Positions 36,089-41,622 of a DNA stretch of 41,622 bases are shown in pieces. Origin of the DNA: Candidatus Eiseniibacteriota bacterium (GTDB lineage: Bacteria; Eisenbacteria; RBG-16-71-46). The notes beneath the pieces were generated by a model. It ran no database searches. It saw only the letters and a list, made by a program, of their open reading frames with translations, and had not been told where the DNA came from. The stretch is from positions 1-41,622 of the forward strand of contig JBDSKE010000208.1 of NCBI GenBank assembly GCA_039917105.1, in the 5' to 3' direction. Position 1 is the stretch's first letter, and each line of letters starts with the position of its first letter. The translations under genes were made by a program, and so were the position numbers.

Positions 36089-37027
36089 CTAATGGTACAG
36101 GTTCTTGATGCGGCCCCAGGTACTACGCGTGGCCGGAGTCGGTTGTTCCGCCGGTTGGAATGCGAGGTCCACGATCTTGTCGCCCGGTGCTGGTACCAGG
36201 AATGCGGGGTTGAGTTCGACCAGCGTGTTGGGGTTGAACTCATGCACTTGGCCGGTGACGCCATCCACGGCCAACAGGTGTCCGGTGCTTGGGCTGAACG
36301 CGAGCCCGTGCGGGCGAGCCCAGCTTGTGCCCACGAAAGTACCGGTGAGCGCATGCGTGACAGGATGGAAGCGGTAGCCCTTATTCGTCGCCATGTCCGT
36401 CACATAGATCGCGCCATTGATGGGATGGAACGCTACGTCGTTGGCGATCCCGGTCCCGGGCAGGACGATCTGGTCGATGAATGCCCCTGTGATCGCATCG
36501 ACGATCAGGACGAATCCCCCATAGAACGAACAGATGTAGAGGTTGCCGTCGGGGCCGATCTGCATGTCGGCTGGCCCGTAGATGGGCGTCACCATGCGGA
36601 TGAACGCTCCAGTGGTCGCATCGTACGCCCGCACATCGTTGGTCTGCATGTCGCCAATGTAGACCTCGCCAGTGGGGGCGTAGATCGCGGCCCACTGCCA
36701 ACCGCCGCTCGGGTTGTAGATCTTGATCAGGGCGCCGGTCGTGGCGTTACGCTCCTCGACCCCGAAAGCGTTGTGCCCGATCAAGACGCGGTTGTTCGTG
36801 GCGCCGAAGTGAACGGCCATCTGTCCGTTCGGCGTGGTGGAGGTGGAGAACACCCCCTGGTAGGCGCCGCTGTTGCCATTGTACGTGCGCAGCATGTTGG
36901 ATGCGTCGCTGGTCACGAACAGGTCGCCGCCAGCGGCGCGGGCGTTGTGCATTGGCAGCGCTGCAGCGCCGATTGAGAAGGTCAAGGTGAGAACGCGGAG
37001 CAAGGGCAGGGGTCGCAATAGGCGCAT
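36089..37027 (-). CDS. Secreted beta-propeller protein (NHL/Vgb-like), paralog A, C-terminal STWGRIKNLYH
   Basis: GAGG RBS; signal peptide; repeated blades (P.G..Y, GPDGNLY, PHGLAFSP); Pro/Thr linker before the tail. Confidence 0.82.
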   Translation of the reverse strand: MRLLRPLPLLRVLTLTFSIGAAALPMHNARAAGGDLFVTSDASNMLRTYNGNSGAYQGVFSTSTTPNGQMAVHFGATNNRVLIGHNAFGVEERNATTGALIKIYNPSGGWQWAAIYAPTGEVYIGDMQTNDVRAYDATTGAFIRMVTPIYGPADMQIGPDGNLYICSFYGGFVLIVDAITGAFIDQIVLPGTGIANDVAFHPINGAIYVTDMATNKGYRFHPVTHALTGTFVGTSWARPHGLAFSPSTGHLLAVDGVTGQVHEFNPNTLVELNPAFLVPAPGDKIVDLAFQPAEQPTPATRSTWGRIKNLYH

Positions 37028-37055
37028 CTTGACCTCGGAGGTAGGCGGGCTGGCT

Positions 37056-37994
37056 TCAGTGATACAGACGCTTGATCCGGCCCCACGTGCTCGGGGTTGT
37101 CGGCGTTGGCCCGAGCGTGGGCTTGAATGCGAGGTCGACGATCTTGTCACCCGGAGGAGGGGATAGGAATGCGGGATTCAGCTCTGCCAGCGTGCTCGGG
37201 TTGAACTCGTGCACCTGCCCGGTGACGCCATCCACAGCGAGCAAGTTGCCGGAAATGGGGCTGAACGCGACACCGTGCGGACGCGCCCACAGCGTTCCTG
37301 CGAAAGTCCCGGTGATGGCATGCGTCACAGGGTGGAAACGGTATCCCTGGTACGACTTCATATCCGTCACGTGAATCGAGCCATTGATCGGGTGGAAGGC
37401 AACGTCGTTCGGTTGGGCTGGCACCGGCAGCACGATCTGGTCGATATATGCGCCCGTGACCGCGTCCACGATCAGGACGATTCCGCCATAGAATGAGCAG
37501 ATGTAAAGATTGCCATCGGGTCCGATCTCCATGTCGGCCGGCCCCGATATGGGCGTGACCACGCGGATGAAGGCCGCGGTGTTGGCGTCGTACGCCCGCA
37601 CATCGTTCGTCATCATGTCGCCGATGTAGACCTCGCCGGTGGGGGCGTAAATCCCGGCCCACTGCCAACCGCCGCCGGGATTATAGATTTTGATCAGGGC
37701 GCCGGTCGTGACATTGCGCTCTTCGACCCCGAAAGCGTTGTGGCCGATCAGGACGCGGTTGTTGGTCGCACCGAAGTGCACCGCCATCTGTCCTACCGGC
37801 GTCGAAGAGGCCGAGAACACACTCTGGAAGACGCCTGTGGTCCCGTTATAGGTGCGCAGCAGGTTGGAGGCGTCGCTCGTCACGAACAGCTCACCTGACG
37901 AAGCCTGGGCATGACGCAACGATAGGAGGGTGGCCGCGATCAGCAGGGTCAGCGTGAGCGCACGGTGGAAGATAGAGGGTCGGATCAAGCGCAA
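37056..37994 (-). CDS. Secreted beta-propeller protein, paralog B, C-terminal STWGRIKRLYH
   Basis: A TTG start at 37994 with GAGG RBS gives the same 939-nt length as paralog A. The mature region aligns to paralog A without gaps. Confidence 0.82.
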   Translation of the reverse strand: MRLIRPSIFHRALTLTLLIAATLLSLRHAQASSGELFVTSDASNLLRTYNGTTGVFQSVFSASSTPVGQMAVHFGATNNRVLIGHNAFGVEERNVTTGALIKIYNPGGGWQWAGIYAPTGEVYIGDMMTNDVRAYDANTAAFIRVVTPISGPADMEIGPDGNLYICSFYGGIVLIVDAVTGAYIDQIVLPVPAQPNDVAFHPINGSIHVTDMKSYQGYRFHPVTHAITGTFAGTLWARPHGVAFSPISGNLLAVDGVTGQVHEFNPSTLAELNPAFLSPPPGDKIVDLAFKPTLGPTPTTPSTWGRIKRLYH

Positions 37995-38233
37995 GGTGTC
38001 CTCGCAGGGGTCAGGGCAGGGCATCCACCGCCGCACAGGGCCGACGGCTTATAGGGGATATTCGCGCTGCGAGTTGAAACCTAACAGCCGCGCCTGCGGC
38101 GTTGGCGTTGGGGCCGGTTCCTCCGCGTTGGTCACGACGGGACTGGCAGCCGGAGGAGTGTAGCGCGCTTGGACGCCGGAATCCGCTATGTTCTTTATCC
38201 TCCACGCCCACATCCCACCCGGGGACCCAGCCC

Positions 38234-40279
38234 ATGCGCCGAACCCTCCTAGTACTCCTCGCCGCCGGCCTCATGGCCACCGTCGCGCCCGGCGCGCAGG
38301 CCGAACCCGCCGCCGATGCCGAGCACTACCTCGACCGCTTCATCGACCCGAGCATCGACCCGCGCACCGACTTCTTCCATTATTCGGTCGGCAGGTGGCT
38401 TCGTGAGAATCCCATCCCTGCGGCGGAACGGTCGTGGGGAATCGCCAAGGTGATCCAGGAGGAGACCTATCACCGGCTCGTCGGAATCAATGAGACGGCC
38501 GCTTCCACCAAGGGCGCACCCCGAGGCAGCAACGCTCAGAAGATCGGCGATTTCTGGTACGCGGCGATGGACAGCGCGAGTATCGCTCGCTCGGGGATCA
38601 CGCCGCTGGCAGGCGAGTTCGCGAGGATCGCCGCGGTCAAGGACACCCGCGGCCTGTTGGCCACCACTGCACGCTTACAGTATCTGGGGGTGAGCGCGCT
38701 GTGTGCGCTGGCCATCTACCAGGATGAGAAGAACAGCGCGCGCTATGCGCTCCACTTGTACCAAGGTGGACTCGGCCTGCCCAATCGCGACTACTATTTC
38801 GACAACGATCGGCGTTCGAGCATGCTGCGCAGCGAGTATCGAGTGCATGTCGCGCGCATGTTCTCGCTATTGGGCGAGGACAGTGCACGGGCCCGCGCGA
38901 ATGCGGGCGTGGTGATGTCGATCGAGACCGAGTTGGCAGGGGCCTCGCGCAAGCTCGAGGCGTTGCGCGACCCACAGGCCAACTACAACCCGATGTCGGT
39001 CGCGGGCATGTCCAAGTTGGCGCCGTCGATTCGTTGGCGGGATTTCCTCGAGCAAGGCGGCATCCGCGGCGTGGATAGCATCATCGTGGGTCAGCCCGAG
39101 TTCTACCGGCAACTCGAGAAGTCGCTCGCGCAACACCCCATCAACGAATGGAGGACTTACCTGCGCTGGCATTTGCTGTCCTCGTTCGCATCGCAGGCGG
39201 GTGGCCAGTTCGATGCCGAGCACTTCCATTTCTTCGGGACGATCATGAATGGTACTACGCAACAGCGACCGCGGTGGAAGCGGATGCTCGACGAGGAGGA
39301 GAACTACCTCGGGGATGCACTGGGCCAACTCTATGTGCGGCAGTATTTCTCGCCGCGCACCAAGGCCCGTTACGAGAAGATGACCAACGAGGTGTTCGAT
39401 GCGTTCCGCGAGCGGATCCGCAATCTGGATTGGATGAGCCAGCCCACGCGCGAGCGTGCACTTCGCAAATTGGATGCGGTCACGAAGAAAGTGGGCTACC
39501 CCGAGCGCTGGAAGGATTACTCCAAGTTCGAAGTCGATCGCACCTCGTTCCTGGGCAACTGTCTACGCGGCAACCGGTGGGTCAGCGATTTCTACATCAA
39601 GAAACTCGGCAAGCCGGTGGACCGGAGCGAATGGGGAATGACCCCACAGACCTACAACGCCTACTACAACTCCTCGAACAACGAGATCGTGTTGCCGGCC
39701 GCCATCTTCATCCTGCCGGGGATCGCCGACTCGTTGGTGGATGACGCGGTGGTGTACTCGTACGCCGGCGGCACCACGATCGGCCATGAGATCACGCATG
39801 GTTTCGATGACGAAGGTCGCCAGTTCGACGAACGTGGGAACCTCGAAAGCTGGTGGACGCCTGCGGACGAGAAGGAGTTCAATCGCCGCGCTGCAGGGAT
39901 CGTCGGCCAGTTCAATGGCTACGTTGCCGTGGATAGCTTGCACGTCAATGGCAGTGCCACCCAGGGTGAGAACATCGCGGACCTCGGCGGCATCGTGCTG
40001 GGCTGGGACGCCTTCCGTAAGACGGAGCAGTTTCGAAAGGGTGAGAAGCTGGGCGGTTTGACGCCGGCACAGCGCTACTTCATCGGCTGGTCGCTCGGCT
40101 GGATGAACGCGCTACGGCCTGAGAATATCGCCATGCGGGTCAAGACTGATGTGCACGCCCCCAGCTTCCTGCGCGTCACCGGTCCGATCAGCAACATGGT
40201 GCCATTCTACGAGGCATATGGTGTCAAGCCAGGCGATGCGATGTACCGGGCCGACGACGTGCGCGTTCGGATCTGGTGA
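38234..40279 (+). CDS. M13 family (neprilysin/PepO-like) zinc metallopeptidase
   Basis: Signal peptide; P..DFF.Y..G.W, KVGYP, NAYY, HEITH, GENIADLGG and DVHAP. Confidence 0.95.
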   Translation: MRRTLLVLLAAGLMATVAPGAQAEPAADAEHYLDRFIDPSIDPRTDFFHYSVGRWLRENPIPAAERSWGIAKVIQEETYHRLVGINETAASTKGAPRGSNAQKIGDFWYAAMDSASIARSGITPLAGEFARIAAVKDTRGLLATTARLQYLGVSALCALAIYQDEKNSARYALHLYQGGLGLPNRDYYFDNDRRSSMLRSEYRVHVARMFSLLGEDSARARANAGVVMSIETELAGASRKLEALRDPQANYNPMSVAGMSKLAPSIRWRDFLEQGGIRGVDSIIVGQPEFYRQLEKSLAQHPINEWRTYLRWHLLSSFASQAGGQFDAEHFHFFGTIMNGTTQQRPRWKRMLDEEENYLGDALGQLYVRQYFSPRTKARYEKMTNEVFDAFRERIRNLDWMSQPTRERALRKLDAVTKKVGYPERWKDYSKFEVDRTSFLGNCLRGNRWVSDFYIKKLGKPVDRSEWGMTPQTYNAYYNSSNNEIVLPAAIFILPGIADSLVDDAVVYSYAGGTTIGHEITHGFDDEGRQFDERGNLESWWTPADEKEFNRRAAGIVGQFNGYVAVDSLHVNGSATQGENIADLGGIVLGWDAFRKTEQFRKGEKLGGLTPAQRYFIGWSLGWMNALRPENIAMRVKTDVHAPSFLRVTGPISNMVPFYEAYGVKPGDAMYRADDVRVRIW

Positions 40280-40292
40280 CGAGACGGTCGCC

Positions 40293-41622
40293 TCAGCCGG
40301 CGATGTGGATCAGCGGCGCGCTCGTGGGGGAGGCAATGGGCTCCCCGAAGAGCGTCATGGTGGTCGCACCCACGACGCGCAACTCGCGCAAGGTGCCGGG
40401 TGGGGTGCCATCGTCGCTGAACACCACGGTCTTGAACTCGCGTGTCTTGCCGTACAGTTGGACCGGGCGGCCGGTGGTGCCGCGGGTGGAACGACCTTCG
40501 ACCAGCACCTCCACATTGTGGCCCACGCGCGAATCGTGGATCTCGCCGGAGATCTGGTGTTGTTGCTCGATCAAGGCGCCCAGGCGGCGCGTCTTCTCGT
40601 CCTCGGACACCGTCTCGGGCCATGAGAACGCTTTCGTGTCGGAGCGGGCAGAATACTTGAACAGGAACGCGCTGTCGTAGCGCTGCACCCGCATGAAGTC
40701 GGCCGTCCGTTCGAAGTCCGCGTCCGTCTCGCCCGGAAAGCCGACGATGACGTCGGTGGTCACGGCCAGCCCTGGGATCGCGCCGCGCATCTTCTGTAGG
40801 ATGAGGTCGTACTCGGCGAGCGTGTAGGTGCGATTCATGGCCTTGAGGATCGGGTCGCTGCCGCTCTGCAACGGCAGGTGAACGTGCGGCATGACTTTGT
40901 CGCACTCGGCCATCGCCGCGATCAAGCGATCGCTCATATCACTTGGGTGGGGCGAGGTGTAGCGCACCCGCAAGACGCCCTCGATCTTGTTCGTGGCGCG
41001 CAACAGGTCGGCGAAGTCGTGCGTGCCATCGTGGTAGGAGTTCACCGTCTGGCCCAGAAAGATGATCTCACGATAGCCTTGGCCTGCTGCGGTGCGCACC
41101 TGCTGCAACAAGTCGGCCAGCGGAAGGCTCCGCTCGCGCCCGCGCGTATAGGGCACCACGCAATAGGTGCAGAACTTGTCGCAACCCCGTTGCACCGTCA
41201 CCCACGCTCGAACCCCTTCGCCGCGTTTGGGCTCGAGATCGCCGTAGGTTTCATCACGGTCGAGCCGGACATGCGCCACCGGCTCGCCCGCCGCGCGTCG
41301 GAGCAGTTCGGGTAGCGTGCGATAGCCATCGGGGCCGACCACCAGGTCGAGCACTCGCTTGCGCTTGCCGAGCAGCTTGGCGCGCAGGTGCTGCGCCATG
41401 CACCCCGCCACTCCCACGACAAGCGAAGGCCTGGAGAGCTTGAGGTGCGCGAACTCGCCGAGCCGTCCCAGCACGCGCAGTTCGGCGTGCTCGCGGATGG
41501 CGCAGGTATTGAGGACCACGGCGTCTGCGTCTTCGGGGCGGTCCACCAGGATCATGCCCGCCCGCTGCAGGACGCCTGCCATGACCTCGCTGTCCGAGAG
41601 ATTCATCTGACAGCCGTAGGTT
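40293..41622 (-). CDS. miaB: tRNA-2-methylthio-N6-dimethylallyladenosine synthase MiaB, 5' partial
   Basis: TYGCQMN..DSE, NTCAIRE, radical SAM CDKFCTYC, GRERS, SPHP, DVIVGFPGET and a C-terminal TRAM domain. The frame runs off the window end. Confidence 0.95.
   Translation of the reverse strand, partial: TYGCQMNLSDSEVMAGVLQRAGMILVDRPEDADAVVLNTCAIREHAELRVLGRLGEFAHLKLSRPSLVVGVAGCMAQHLRAKLLGKRKRVLDLVVGPDGYRTLPELLRRAAGEPVAHVRLDRDETYGDLEPKRGEGVRAWVTVQRGCDKFCTYCVVPYTRGRERSLPLADLLQQVRTAAGQGYREIIFLGQTVNSYHDGTHDFADLLRATNKIEGVLRVRYTSPHPSDMSDRLIAAMAECDKVMPHVHLPLQSGSDPILKAMNRTYTLAEYDLILQKMRGAIPGLAVTTDVIVGFPGETDADFERTADFMRVQRYDSAFLFKYSARSDTKAFSWPETVSEDEKTRRLGALIEQQHQISGEIHDSRVGHNVEVLVEGRSTRGTTGRPVQLYGKTREFKTVVFSDDGTPPGTLRELRVVGATTMTLFGEPIASPTSAPLIHIAG

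Noticed and set aside
36089-37994. Duplicated segment considered as a mobile element, a diversity-generating retroelement repeat pair or an assembly artefact
   Set aside because: No transposase or reverse transcriptase is nearby. Both copies are intact genes, and the differences are spread throughout, include many synonymous changes and are not adenine-specific.

Overview
A gene-dense, GC-rich bacterial chromosomal window with about 32 protein-coding genes. I found no rRNA, tRNA, CRISPR array, transposase or phage genes. The many secreted proteins, the FlgD/T9SS-like C-terminal tail and the 'STWGRIKxLY' tails resemble Candidatus Eisenbacteria or related FCB-group lineages, but that assignment is an inference. 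Housekeeping and catabolic genes: a stand-alone rsmH, pdxH, gcdH, ggt, a fused 2-oxoacid dehydrogenase E1 alpha/beta, an ornithine cyclodeaminase-like gene, a ROK protein, a penicillin-acylase family hydrolase, an M13 peptidase and a partial miaB. Main points of interest: (1) a PP2C phosphatase / LytS kinase / TPR protein / TonB receptor / LytTR regulator cluster in which the phosphatase and kinase carry homologous membrane sensor domains, with AlgR-like LytTR boxes 21 bp apart between them; (2) a coupled cupredoxin-like protein / HAMP histidine kinase / outer-membrane barrel triad; (3) tandem beta-propeller paralogs ending in a candidate sorting tail; (4) a TIGR03118-like protein with an FlgD-like tail behind a sigma54-like promoter; (5) two genes missing from the ORF track, a secreted multidomain protein of at least 877 aa (1-2631, minus strand) and a 43-aa Lys-rich small protein. 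All domain calls come from motif recognition by eye; no database searches were run.
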